Shown here: positions 24,591 through 34,661 of the stretch, piece after piece
How the letters are laid out: the number at the start of each line of letters is the position of its first letter
How positions within the stretch are numbered: position 1 is the first letter of the stretch
DNA from: Myxococcales bacterium
Lineage (GTDB): Bacteria; Myxococcota_A; UBA9042; JABWCM01; BTVJ01
NCBI GenBank assembly: GCA_045863395.1
Contig: BTVJ01000012.1
Location: forward strand, 32,001-96,000
Length of the DNA stretch: 64,000 bases
Direction: 5' to 3'
Notes under the pieces: model-generated
Seen by the model: only the letters and a program-made list of their open reading frames with translations
What the model was told of the DNA's origin: nothing
Databases searched by the model: none
Translations under genes and position numbers: made by a program

Positions 24591-26270
24591 CTACCGACCG
24601 ACGCGCGTGGCGACGGCGAGCAAGTGGACCGCCGTGTCGGCGGGCAGGTGCCGGGTCGCCACCTCCCGCAGCCGGGGCGCGTCCGCTGGGCCCGCCAGGC
24701 GCTCCAGGGCGACGGCCGCCCAGAACCGGAGGTCCGCCAGCTCTTCGTGGGCGGCGGCCTCGTAGACCGCGGCCGTCGCCTCCCACGCTCCCTCCGGGCG
24801 GTCGCGTGCGGTCCCCAGGAGCGCGCGGAGCGCCCCCACCCTCGCTGCCTCGTGGGCGTCGATGATCGCCTGGAGCGGCGCCAGCGGGGCGAACAGCTCG
24901 TCACGGCGGCGGCGCAGCGCGTCCATGGCCGCCTTGCGGACCTCCGCAGTGGCCGCCCCCTCGGCGTCCTCCGCAGCGTGGAATGCCTTGGTCTCCCGCT
25001 CGATGGCGGCCTCCGCTTCCTGGCGCGCCGCGTCGTGGGCATCCCGCGCCGCCGCGAGGGCCGGGCCCAACGCCGGGAGCGACGGCGCGGCAGCCTGAAG
25101 CTGGGTCACCCACGGCCGCTCGGGACTCTGCCGGAGGGCCGCAACGGCGGCCGCCGCCTGCTCCCCGGCCTCGCGGACGAGGACCGACGGGCTCTTCACG
25201 ACATCGGTCTCCCAGCGCGGCAGGTCGCTCGCGGGGATCGCGAGCGCCAGCGGACCCACGAGCGCTGCCCGCGAGGCGCCGGCCTCGGCGGCGAAGCGCT
25301 CCCACAGCGCGGCGGACTGCCCAGCGAGTCCCAGCGCGTCTGCGACCTCGGCGCGGCGGTGGGGGGCCGCAACGAGGAGCTCACTCAGCGGCTCGGCGGA
25401 CGCCCCCAGCGCCACAGACGCCGCCGCGCACTGGAGGAGCCGGCGTGGCGTGGCCTCCTCGGCCCGCAGGACCGCGGCCGCGTGCGCCACGACGGGCCCC
25501 GTGACCCCCGCGTCCCAGAGCACCTCTGCGATCAGGGGAGCCGCAGCGGCCTCGTCGGGCAGCGCCGCCACGAGGGGCCCCGGATCCGCGAGCCCGAGCC
25601 GGGCGAGGGCGAGGCGCAGCGAGGCCCCCGCGACGTCCGCGCGCAGCGGGGCCCGCAGCAGCCCCTCCACCGCCAGGGCGCTCAAGCGCGCCCGGCTCTC
25701 ACGGGGACCAGCGCCGGCGCCCTCCGCCAGCAGCGCCGCGGCGCGCCGGCTCACCTCCATGCCCTGCGTCGCCGGGTCTGCCGCGGCGACGGTGGCGATC
25801 TCATCGAGGAGGGCCGCGGTTCCGCCGTCCGACAGGGCGAGGGCGGCGTCCAGCAGGGCGCCACGCCGTCGCTCGGCGCCGGGCGCGACCAGCGCGGCGC
25901 GCAGCGCGTCCACAGGATCGCGCCACTCCACGAGCACCCGCGCGGCGGCCTCCGCTGTGCGCTCGTCGACGAGCGCGGCTCGCAGCGCAGCGCGCGCCGC
26001 ATCGTTGGGCCCGAGCGCCCCGAGCGCCGCCACGACCTCGCCTGGGACGCGGCTCTTGGGCAGGTGGGCGGCGAGGGCCTCGCTGGCGCCCGCGCAGCGC
26101 TGCTCGGCGAGGGCCCTCACAGACGCCAGCTCATCCGTCTCCGAGGTGAGCCTGCCCGACCAGAACTCACAGGAGCCGGCCTCCGTCTTCCTGCAGGCGC
26201 TCCCGGCCGCCAGCGCGACCGCAATCGCGCCTACGATGAATCTCGCGAGGATGCAGCGCTTCAAGCCCAC
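24591..26270 (-). CDS. Hypothetical Ala-rich helical (HEAT-like) lipoprotein
   Basis: Lipobox-like AAGSAC after a hydrophobic stretch; all-helical composition. Confidence 0.6.
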   Translation of the reverse strand: MGLKRCILARFIVGAIAVALAAGSACRKTEAGSCEFWSGRLTSETDELASVRALAEQRCAGASEALAAHLPKSRVPGEVVAALGALGPNDAARAALRAALVDERTAEAAARVLVEWRDPVDALRAALVAPGAERRRGALLDAALALSDGGTAALLDEIATVAAADPATQGMEVSRRAAALLAEGAGAGPRESRARLSALAVEGLLRAPLRADVAGASLRLALARLGLADPGPLVAALPDEAAAAPLIAEVLWDAGVTGPVVAHAAAVLRAEEATPRRLLQCAAASVALGASAEPLSELLVAAPHRRAEVADALGLAGQSAALWERFAAEAGASRAALVGPLALAIPASDLPRWETDVVKSPSVLVREAGEQAAAAVAALRQSPERPWVTQLQAAAPSLPALGPALAAARDAHDAARQEAEAAIERETKAFHAAEDAEGAATAEVRKAAMDALRRRRDELFAPLAPLQAIIDAHEAARVGALRALLGTARDRPEGAWEATAAVYEAAAHEELADLRFWAAVALERLAGPADAPRLREVATRHLPADTAVHLLAVATRVGR

Positions 26271-26540
26271 GGTTCACAGACCTCCGGCTACGGTGCCACG
26301 GCGCGCCTCCCCCGCTGCGGGACCACATAGCACAGCGGCCGGCCCTCCGTCGCGGCGCAGGGCCGGCGCGATGGGGCGGTCCCAGCAGGCTCGGACCGCT
26401 GCCACGTCGGAGGTGTCCAGGTCCGTGGCGGCCGCTGCACACGTCACGCAGCCACCGGTCGAGGGCGCTCGGCGGCGGCCCCTGCGTCGGCCTCCCGCGC
26501 TCCCCTCCGAGGCGCGGCGTTGGGGGGAGGGCCGGGTCAG

Positions 26541-26581
26541 TTGCCACCCGAGTCGGCTAGTGATAAGTTATCACTTATCAC
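26541..26581 (+). promoter_or_regulatory. Promoter overlapped by a palindromic operator
   Basis: TTGCCA-N17-TAAGTT; AGTGATAA-G-TTATCACT (26559-26575) plus an extra tandem TTATCAC (26575-26581). Confidence 0.7.
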
Positions 26582-26605
26582 AGTCTCCATTGTCGGAGGG
26601 TGTCC

Positions 26606-28744
26606 ATGGGGCTCATCCACGACCCGTTGACGCGCTTCATCGCCCAGATGGTCTCCATCGTGGTCGTCTCGCGGAGCCTCGGGCTGCTCCTCCGGCGGAT
26701 CGGCCAGCCGCAGGTCATCGCCGAGATCGTCGCGGGCATCGTCCTCGGGCCGTCGCTGCTCGGGCTCCTGCTGCCCGGCGTCACGGCCACGCTGTTCCCG
26801 CCCGAGTCGATCCAGACGTTGCAGCTCGTCGCGCAGCTCGGGCTCATCCTGTTCATGTTCCTGGTCGGCCTCGAGCTCGACCTCTCGCTGCTGCGCGGGC
26901 GCGCCCACTCGTCCGTGGCCATCTCGCACACGAGCATCATCGTGCCGTTCGCCCTCGGCGCCGCCATCGCTCCGCTGCTCTGGGACTACGCGGGCGGCCC
27001 GTCGGTCTCCCACACGGCGTTCGCGCTGTTCCTCGGCGCCGCGATGAGCATCACCGCCTTCCCGGTGCTCGCGCGAATCCTGTCGGAGCGGCGGCTGCTG
27101 TCCACGCCCATCGGCGCCATCGCGATCGCCTGCGCCGCAGTCGACGACGTGACGGCGTGGTGCCTGCTGGCGTTCGTCGTCGCCACGGCGCGGGCGACCG
27201 GCCTCGGCGCCGCCGTGGTCACGACGGTGCTCGCCGTCGGCTACATCGCGCTGATGTTCGGTGCCGTCCGCCCCCTGATGCACCGCCTGGCCGCGCGGAT
27301 GGGCGAGCGGGAGACCATCTCCGCGAACGCCATCGCCGCCGTGCTCGTGCTCCTCTTCCTCTCGGCGTGGTCCACCGAGCTCATCGGCATCCACGCGCTG
27401 TTCGGGGCCTTCCTGTTCGGCGCCATCCTCCCGAAGGACGGGGGCTTCGCGCGCCGTGTGGCCGAGCGCCTCGAGGACCTCGTGCTCGTCGTCCTGCTGC
27501 CGCTGTTCTTCGCCTACAGCGGTGTCCGGACGGAGATTGGGCTGCTCGACACAGGAGAGGACTGGCTCCTGTGCGGGCTGGTCATCGCCGTCGCCTGCCT
27601 CGGGAAGTTCGGAGGCAGCACCGTCGCCGCACGGCTGACGGGGCTCGGCTGGCGGGACGCGACCGCCATCGGGGTGCTGATGAACACGCGCGGCCTCATG
27701 GAGCTCATCGTCCTCAACATCGGCCTCGACCTCGGCGTCATCTCGCCGACCCTGTTCACGATGATGGTCCTCATGGCGCTCGTCACGACCTTCATGACGA
27801 CGCCCGTCCTCCACGTGATCTATCCACCTGGTGGGGTCGCCAGCGCTCCCGAGCCTGCGCCTCCCCTGCGGCACGCCTTCACCGTGCTCGCCTGCGTCGC
27901 GAAGCCCTGGTCGGGGCCCGGGCTGGCCCGGCTGGCGGCGGCGCTCGGCGGTCGCGACGAGACGCGGCTCGTGGCGCTCACGCTGGTCCCGACGTCCACG
28001 CGCGCGTCCTTCTACACCGGCGCGCACGACGAGCCCGCGCCCGGGCCGGGCGACGCCCCCGACGCCGCGCTCGGGCCGCTGCTCGCCACGGCCGCGGAGG
28101 TCGACCTGGACGTCCACCCGGTGGCCTTCGTGTCCCCCGACCCGGCGGAGGACATCTGCGCGGTCGCGGCGACCGCCAGGCCCGACCTGATCCTGATGGG
28201 GTGGCACAAGCCGGTCGTGGGGCGCAGCATGCTCGGCGGGGTCGTCAAGCGCGTCCTGACGGAGGCACGGACGGACGTCGCGATCCTGATGGAGCGGGAC
28301 CTCACGGCGATCCGCCGCGTGCTCGTGCCCTTCCAGGGCTCGCCCCACGACCGGGCGGCCCTCGAGCTGGCGCAGCGCGTGCTCCGCCGGACCGGCGCCG
28401 ACGTCACCATCCTGCACGTCCACCCGCCGGAGGGCTCCCACGGGCTCGGCGCGCGCCAACTGACGGAGGAGACGTTCCAGGAGACCCCCGACGCGAAGGT
28501 CACGGTGCGGGTCGTGGTCGACCCGTCGCCGGAGGACGCTGTTCTCGCCGAGGCCCACAAGGGCTATGATCTGGTGATCGCGGGTGCAGGCAGCGAGTGG
28601 GGCCTCGAGCAGCGCGTGTGGGGTCTCGAGGCCGAGCGGCTCATGCGCGACCTCCGCACGTCGCTGCTGGTCGTGCGGGCGCGCGCGCAGGAGCAAGACG
28701 GTGACAGCGGGAGCGGCACGACACGGGGAGGACGGGCGGGATGA
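26606..28744 (+). CDS. CPA2 cation:proton antiporter with C-terminal universal-stress (USP) domains
   Basis: QPQVIAEIVAGIVLGPS, FLVGLELD, SITAFPVLARIL, DDVTAW, MNTRGLMELIVLNIG; USP-like VLVPFQGSPHD, YDLVIAG. Confidence 0.92.
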   Translation: MGLIHDPLTRFIAQMVSIVVVSRSLGLLLRRIGQPQVIAEIVAGIVLGPSLLGLLLPGVTATLFPPESIQTLQLVAQLGLILFMFLVGLELDLSLLRGRAHSSVAISHTSIIVPFALGAAIAPLLWDYAGGPSVSHTAFALFLGAAMSITAFPVLARILSERRLLSTPIGAIAIACAAVDDVTAWCLLAFVVATARATGLGAAVVTTVLAVGYIALMFGAVRPLMHRLAARMGERETISANAIAAVLVLLFLSAWSTELIGIHALFGAFLFGAILPKDGGFARRVAERLEDLVLVVLLPLFFAYSGVRTEIGLLDTGEDWLLCGLVIAVACLGKFGGSTVAARLTGLGWRDATAIGVLMNTRGLMELIVLNIGLDLGVISPTLFTMMVLMALVTTFMTTPVLHVIYPPGGVASAPEPAPPLRHAFTVLACVAKPWSGPGLARLAAALGGRDETRLVALTLVPTSTRASFYTGAHDEPAPGPGDAPDAALGPLLATAAEVDLDVHPVAFVSPDPAEDICAVAATARPDLILMGWHKPVVGRSMLGGVVKRVLTEARTDVAILMERDLTAIRRVLVPFQGSPHDRAALELAQRVLRRTGADVTILHVHPPEGSHGLGARQLTEETFQETPDAKVTVRVVVDPSPEDAVLAEAHKGYDLVIAGAGSEWGLEQRVWGLEAERLMRDLRTSLLVVRARAQEQDGDSGSGTTRGGRAG

Positions 28745-29559
28745 AGTTCGGGGCTGTGCTGCGGCTGCTGCGGATGGATGCGAACCTGAGCCTGCGGGAG
28801 CTCGCCAGGCAGGTGGGCGTCTCGAGCGCATACATCAGCCGCATCGAGAACGGGCGCGACCCGTCGCCGACGCCCGAGAGGCTCCGGGCCATCGCGGACA
28901 CCCTCGGCGTACCGCGGGTGCTCCTCTTCGAGCTCGCCCACCAGACGGGGCCGGTGCTCGGCGCCTACCTGGCGCGCGTCCCGGCGGGCGGGGCGCTGAT
29001 GCTGGAGATCGCGCGGAGGGACCTCGACCAGGACCAGCTCCGCGAGCTGCGGCAGCTCCTCGACGCGAGATTCCCCCGGCCGGACAGCGGGTTGCGCCCG
29101 CGCAGCTTCGGAGAGCTGATCCGGCCGGAGCGCGTGGTGCTCGACCTGGCGTGCACGACCCTCGAGGACCTCGTCATGGTCGCCGTAGCCCGCCTGCCGG
29201 CCATGGACGAGCTCGGGGGTCCCTCGCGCGAGGTGCTTGCCGAGCGGATCCGGCAACGCGAGCGGGAGGCCTCGACCGCGCTCGGCGGCGGCCTCATGGC
29301 ACCGCACGCCATCGTGACCGGCGCCACCCCGAGCGCGGCGCTGCTGACCCTGGCGACGCCACTCGATGTGCCGACGCCCGACGGAGCCCCGGTCCGGCTC
29401 GCCATCGTGCTGGTGAGTGACGCGCCCGGTGAGCTCCACCTGCGCGCCCTCGGCCGCATCGCCCGGCTGGCCGCATGGGACGCCGTCCCGGAGCTCGTCG
29501 CCCAGCGGACGGCCGAGCACGTGCTCGCGGTATTGGAGCGGCTGGAGAGTCACTGGTAG
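28741..29559 (+). CDS. XRE-family HTH regulator fused to a PTS EIIA (Ntr/fructose-type) domain
   Basis: FGAVLRLLR..LSLRELA..GVSSAYISRIENG; REREASTALGGGLMAPHA with the phospho-His; ATGA overlap with the antiporter. Confidence 0.88.
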   Translation: MKFGAVLRLLRMDANLSLRELARQVGVSSAYISRIENGRDPSPTPERLRAIADTLGVPRVLLFELAHQTGPVLGAYLARVPAGGALMLEIARRDLDQDQLRELRQLLDARFPRPDSGLRPRSFGELIRPERVVLDLACTTLEDLVMVAVARLPAMDELGGPSREVLAERIRQREREASTALGGGLMAPHAIVTGATPSAALLTLATPLDVPTPDGAPVRLAIVLVSDAPGELHLRALGRIARLAAWDAVPELVAQRTAEHVLAVLERLESHW

Positions 29560-29861
29560 GGCTGGAGATCCCCCCCAATGGCCCGCTCGGCACTCGTAGG
29601 TCGTCGGCTCGCGGGCCGGCTCGCGGCGGCGACTCCCGCGCGGTGCGGGCGCGGCTGGCCCCCCAAATCGTTGGCCGGGCGCGAGGCGCGGGCTCCGTCA
29701 TCCCCAGCGCGCCCTCGTCGAGGCTGCCCAAGGGGGCCAGTCCACGGGTGGAGCGCCTCTGTTGCCGCCCGGGGCGAGCCGTGGCATCTTGGCGCCTCCG
29801 GGGCGCCGTGCGCGGTGAGCGGGGCATGACGCGGCAGCCTGAGCGCCGCGGGGAGAGGCGG

Positions 29862-31139
29862 ATGGTGGCTCGCGACAGGCTCCTCCCGTGGGCGGTCGGC
29901 CTTGTGCCCGCCCTGGCGGTGATCGCCCGGACCCCCGAGGTGAGCCCCGACACGGCCTCCTACCTTGCGAACAGCAGCTCACGGCCGCCGGTCTACCCCC
30001 TCCTGCTCGATCTGGCGTCGGTCCTGCCCGCGCCGGTGGAGCTGCGGGCCGTGATCGCCGCCCAGGTGCTCCTCACCGTGTGGGGGGCGGTCCGCCTCGC
30101 GCGCTGGTTCGCGCGCAGCGTCGGGACGAGCCGGCTGACCGAGGCGCTCGTGGTGCTCGTGGCGGCCATGCCCGCGGTCCTCCTCGGCACCTGGGTGCTG
30201 ACCGACGTCCTGGCCTACGCGCTGCTGCTCCACGCGGTGGTGCCGCTCCTGGAGGCCCTGCGGACGCGCGCGGCGCGGCCCCTGATCGAAGCGGCGACCC
30301 TCCTGGCGCTGGCGACGATGACACGGCCCCACTACCTCTTCGCCGTCCCGCCGCTGCTCGCCGTCGCAGGCGCCCTGCTCATGTGGCGTCGCCGGGCGGC
30401 GGTGGCGAGCGTCGCCTTGAGCATCGCCATCCTGCTCGCGATCGGCCCGGTGCAGCGCCTCTACCACCTGGCCGCCTCCGGCGAGGCCCGGTCGAGCTCG
30501 CTGCTCGGCATCCAGCTCCTGACCGTCGCTGCCTACGTGTCCGCCCCGGAGGATGCAGCGGCCGTCCAGGACACGGCCGCTCGCGCCCTCACCTCCGAGG
30601 TCCTCGCGGCCATCCGTGCGGAGGGCCTGACGCCGGAGCAAGCGGTCCACTCGCTGTCCCCGTACTCGCACTTCCGCGCGGTCTACAACGACATCTGCTG
30701 GGGGATCGTGGTGCCCCGGTGGAAGGCTGCGCACGCCCCGGACCGGCGCTCCACGCTGGACGACCTCGACGCCATGAATCGCGCCACCACCGGAGCCGCG
30801 CTCGATCTGTTCCGCGCCCACCCGCTGCGCCTGCTCGCGCACATGGGGCGCCAGCTCCAGGCGGCGGAGGGGCTCCTGCTCGTGCTGTTCGCGGCCTTCC
30901 TGCTCGTCGCGGCGACCCGCGCGGTGGCGTCCCGGGGCCGCGACCCCTACTGGACGGCTGCGCTGGCCGTGGGGCTCCTTCACGCGTGCAACCTGTGCCT
31001 CGTCGTCCTCGTCGAGCCGCCGATGCCGCGGTACACCTTCCCGACGGGGACGCTCCTCGTCGTCACCCTGCTCGCGGGGCTCGCGCGCTCGGCATCCCTG
31101 CCCCCCGCCGGGAGCACCCCACTGGAGGGAACGACCTGA
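29862..31139 (+). CDS. Polytopic membrane protein, GT-C (PMT/ArnT-like) glycosyltransferase-like
   Basis: SPDTASY, RPPVYPLLL, MTRP, PRY motifs; many TM helices; start uncertain (29826 also possible). Confidence 0.6.
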   Translation: MVARDRLLPWAVGLVPALAVIARTPEVSPDTASYLANSSSRPPVYPLLLDLASVLPAPVELRAVIAAQVLLTVWGAVRLARWFARSVGTSRLTEALVVLVAAMPAVLLGTWVLTDVLAYALLLHAVVPLLEALRTRAARPLIEAATLLALATMTRPHYLFAVPPLLAVAGALLMWRRRAAVASVALSIAILLAIGPVQRLYHLAASGEARSSSLLGIQLLTVAAYVSAPEDAAAVQDTAARALTSEVLAAIRAEGLTPEQAVHSLSPYSHFRAVYNDICWGIVVPRWKAAHAPDRRSTLDDLDAMNRATTGAALDLFRAHPLRLLAHMGRQLQAAEGLLLVLFAAFLLVAATRAVASRGRDPYWTAALAVGLLHACNLCLVVLVEPPMPRYTFPTGTLLVVTLLAGLARSASLPPAGSTPLEGTT

Positions 31140-32914
31140 TGTGCGGCATCGCCGGGATCGTGGGACGTCACGCCGCAGGGGCGGTCCCCGTCGTGGAGCG
31201 GATGGTGGCCCGGATGCGGACGCGGGGCCCTGACCACGCGGCCACCCGCGACGCAGGCGGGGCGGTGCTCGGGCACGCGCGGCTGTCGATCCTCGACCTG
31301 AACCCCCGGTCGCACCAGCCGATGTCCGACCCGTCCGGGCGGTTCACGATCACCTACAACGGCGAGGTCTACAACTTCCAGGACATCGCCCGGGACCTGG
31401 AGACGGCGGGCCACCGGCTGCGCACGACGTCCGACACGGAGGTGGTCCTCCGCGCCTTCATGGAGTGGGGCACGGCCGCGTTCGCCCGGTTCAACGGCAT
31501 GTTCGCGCTCGGCATCTGGGACCGCGCCGAGCGCACCCTCGTCCTCGCGCGGGACCGCTTCGGCAAGAAGCCCCTCTACTACTCCACCTCCGACGGCGTG
31601 GCCTTCGCGTCCGACCTCGCTGCGCTGCGGGAGGACCCGGCCGCCGCGGCCGCGCCCGTGAGCGTCGAGGCCGTCAACCACTTCCTGGCCATGGGGTACG
31701 TCCTCGGCCCCCTGACCCTCTACGAGGGCATCGCGCGCATCCCGCCGGCCACCGTCGCCGTGTTCCGGGACGGACACGCGCGCATGGAGCGCTTCTGGGA
31801 CTACGGCGCCGCGTTCCGCCGCCCGTACCGGGGCTCTCCGGCGGACGCGGCGGCAGACGTCCGCGACGCCCTCGAGCAGGCCGTCCGCCGCCGCCTCATC
31901 AGCGATGTGCCCGTCGGGTGCTTCCTCAGCGGCGGGGTCGACTCGAGCGCGGTCACGGCGTTCGCCCGGCGCCACCTCGCCTACGACGTGCACTCGTTCT
32001 GCATCGGCTTCGCGGCACGGACGTACGACGAGTCGGCCGACGCCCGCGCGGTGGCCGACTTCCTCGGGACGGTGCACCACGAGCGCCGCCTCGGCGACAG
32101 CGACGGCCGCGACATCGTCGACCGGGCCATCGCGTGCTTCGACCAGCCGTTCTCGGACACGTCCCTGGTCCCGATGGTCGAGGTGGCGCGCGTCGCGGCG
32201 GAGCACGTGAAGGTGGTGCTATCCGGCGACGGCGCCGACGAGCTCCTGGCGGGCTACCCGACGCACAAGGCGGACCGCGTCATGCAGGTCGCGCGGCATG
32301 TGCCCGCCACGCTCCGGAGGGCCGCGGCGGGGGCGGCCCGGCGCCTCCTCCGGGAGTCCAACCGGCGCACGGACGTGGCCTTCAAGCTGCGCCAGCTCGC
32401 GCGGGGTCTGCCCGGCGACTGGCGCGACGCCCACTACGCCTGGCGGGAGCTCCACGACGACGACGAGCGCGTCGCCCTGCTCGGCAAGGAGCACGAGGCG
32501 CTCGTCCGCGACACGACGCCGCGCCGCACGTTCCGAGCCCACTTCGACGAGGTGCGGGACCTGGACCCGCTCGCCCAGTGCCTCTACGTGGACGCCAAGA
32601 CCTGGCTGGTCGACGACATCCTCGTGAAGGTGGACCGTGCGACGATGGCCTTCTCGCTCGAGGCGCGGTCACCGTTCCTGGACCCGGACCTGGTCGAGCT
32701 GGTCGCCTCGCTCCCCTCGTCGCTCAAGCTGCGCGGCCTCGATGGCAAGCACGTGCTCAAGCGCGCGCTCCGCGGCGTCCTGCCTGACCGCACCCTCCAC
32801 AAGCGCAAGGCGGGCTTCAACGCGCCGCTGAACACGTGGCTCGGCCAGCGGGGCGAGAACGAGTTCCGCCTGTTCAACCGCATGGTCGCCGCGACCTGGG
32901 GGCTCCTGCCATGA
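31139..32914 (+). CDS. asnB: Asparagine synthase (glutamine-hydrolysing)-family amidotransferase
   Basis: MCGIAG, GHARLSILDL, YNGEVYN, ARDRFGKKPLYY, LSGGVDSS, SGDGADE, KVDRATMAFSLEARSPFLD. Confidence 0.93.
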   Translation: MCGIAGIVGRHAAGAVPVVERMVARMRTRGPDHAATRDAGGAVLGHARLSILDLNPRSHQPMSDPSGRFTITYNGEVYNFQDIARDLETAGHRLRTTSDTEVVLRAFMEWGTAAFARFNGMFALGIWDRAERTLVLARDRFGKKPLYYSTSDGVAFASDLAALREDPAAAAAPVSVEAVNHFLAMGYVLGPLTLYEGIARIPPATVAVFRDGHARMERFWDYGAAFRRPYRGSPADAAADVRDALEQAVRRRLISDVPVGCFLSGGVDSSAVTAFARRHLAYDVHSFCIGFAARTYDESADARAVADFLGTVHHERRLGDSDGRDIVDRAIACFDQPFSDTSLVPMVEVARVAAEHVKVVLSGDGADELLAGYPTHKADRVMQVARHVPATLRRAAAGAARRLLRESNRRTDVAFKLRQLARGLPGDWRDAHYAWRELHDDDERVALLGKEHEALVRDTTPRRTFRAHFDEVRDLDPLAQCLYVDAKTWLVDDILVKVDRATMAFSLEARSPFLDPDLVELVASLPSSLKLRGLDGKHVLKRALRGVLPDRTLHKRKAGFNAPLNTWLGQRGENEFRLFNRMVAATWGLLP

Positions 32915-33621
32915 CGGACCGCCGCGTGGTCTCCGACGAGACGATGACCGCCGCCATCAAGTCGGCACACAACTACCACGCGTGGGTCTTCGGGTCGTTC
33001 GCGCGCTACCTGGTGGGCGGCACGGTGCTCGAGGTGGGCTCGGGGCACGGGCGCTACGCGCGTCACATCGCGCCACTCGTCGACAAGCTGTTGATCTCGG
33101 ACATCGACCCGGCGGCCGTGGACGCCATCCGGCGCGACCTCACGGACCTGGGCGACCGGGTGGAGTGCCTCGTCATGGACGGCGTGGACCCTGCGCGCCT
33201 GCCCGGCCTCCTCGACGCCGTCGTGCTCGTGAACCTGCTCGAGCACGTGGAGGACGACGCGGCGCTGCTCCGCCACTGCCGCGAGGCGGTGCGCCCGGGG
33301 GGCCGCGTGATCCTCTTCGTGCCGGCCTTCGAGGTCCTGTTCTCGCGCATGGACGCCGACGCAGGGCACTTCCGCCGCTACCGGCGGGGCACGCTGCTGC
33401 CGCTCGTCCGGGGGGCAGGCCTCCGCGTGATCGAGAGCCGGTACTTCAACTCTGTGGGCTTCTTCGGGTGGGGCGCGAACAAGCTCCTCGGCAGCCACGT
33501 GAACTCCGGGGCCACCAACGCCCAGGTCGCCGTCTACGACCGGCTGATCCCGCTCTTGCGGCACGCGGATCGGGTGCTGCCCTTCCTCGGGCAGTCCCTG
33601 GTGGTGATCGCCGAGAGGTGA
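32911..33621 (+). CDS. Class I SAM-dependent methyltransferase
   Basis: VLEVGSGHG, NLLEHVEDD, GHFRRY. Confidence 0.88.
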   Translation: MTDRRVVSDETMTAAIKSAHNYHAWVFGSFARYLVGGTVLEVGSGHGRYARHIAPLVDKLLISDIDPAAVDAIRRDLTDLGDRVECLVMDGVDPARLPGLLDAVVLVNLLEHVEDDAALLRHCREAVRPGGRVILFVPAFEVLFSRMDADAGHFRRYRRGTLLPLVRGAGLRVIESRYFNSVGFFGWGANKLLGSHVNSGATNAQVAVYDRLIPLLRHADRVLPFLGQSLVVIAER

Positions 33622-33651
33622 GCGGGCCCCCGGGCGAGCGGTCCGGGCCGC

Positions 33652-34584
33652 TCAGAGCTTCGTGCGCCGAAGCACCAGGTCCGCGAGGAGCCCCATGAAG
33701 CCGATCTGCACCCCAACGAGCATGATCAGGGACGAGCCCACCCCGAAGGCGTTGGTGCGCGCCAGGTCCACGAGCGCCTTCGCGAGGCCGACCGTGAAGA
33801 GCAAGAAGGCGGGCGGGATGAACACGTTGAGCGGCTTGAACCACGTGGCCAGGCGCACCACGAGGATCGTGAACCCGATGGTGTCCTTGATCGGGTGGAT
33901 CGACGAGCTGCCGACGCGCTTGAAGTAGTTGATCGGCACGAACTTCACGCGGTAGCCGTTCGTGAGCGCGGACACCGTGATCGTCGTCGTGAAGCTGAAG
34001 CCGTCGGGGTAGAGGCTGTAGAAGCGCTGGCCCAGCTCCTTGCGGAACAGGCGCAGGCCGCTGTTCAAGTCCGGGATGCGGAAACCCGACAGGTAGTTCG
34101 CGAGCTGATTGATCGCCCACTTGGCGGGGCGCCGCAGCATCGGGATGTGGACCTCCTCCCCCGTGCGGGCGCCGACCACCATGTCGTAGTCAGTCGTGGA
34201 GGCGGCCAGCCGCGCGATGTCGGTGATCGGGTAGGTGCCGTCGGCGTCGGTGATCGCGATCCAGCCGAAGCGGGCCTGCAGGAGCCCTGACTTGAGGGCG
34301 GCCCCGTAGCCCTCGTTGGCCGCCTTGGCGATCACGCGCACGCCAGCGTCCTGGGCGATGGCGGCGGTGCCGTCCCGCGAGCCATCGTCGATGACCAGGA
34401 TCTCGAAGGCGCACGCGAGGCTGCTCACCGTCTCGCGCACCTGGGCGATGGTGCTGGCGATGGAGCGGGCCTCGTTGTAGCAGGGGATCAGGATCGACAG
34501 GCCGAGCGCAACGACGCTCGTGTCATCGCGCACACCCTCGATGGCGGGCACCTCACCGGGCGGAAGCTGGCTGGCGGTCGTCAC
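33652..34584 (-). CDS. GT2 glycosyltransferase (DPM synthase-like) with two C-terminal TM helices
   Basis: IPCYNE, IDDGSRDGT, GYGAALKSG, TDADGTY, DLNSGLR. Confidence 0.92.
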   Translation of the reverse strand: MTTASQLPPGEVPAIEGVRDDTSVVALGLSILIPCYNEARSIASTIAQVRETVSSLACAFEILVIDDGSRDGTAAIAQDAGVRVIAKAANEGYGAALKSGLLQARFGWIAITDADGTYPITDIARLAASTTDYDMVVGARTGEEVHIPMLRRPAKWAINQLANYLSGFRIPDLNSGLRLFRKELGQRFYSLYPDGFSFTTTITVSALTNGYRVKFVPINYFKRVGSSSIHPIKDTIGFTILVVRLATWFKPLNVFIPPAFLLFTVGLAKALVDLARTNAFGVGSSLIMLVGVQIGFMGLLADLVLRRTKL

Positions 34585-34661
34585 GACCGCCGAAGGTACA
34601 CCCGCAGCGGCAGATGGTCAAAGGCTCCGGTCGAACACGGCGCTGCTCGCGCCGCGAAGAG

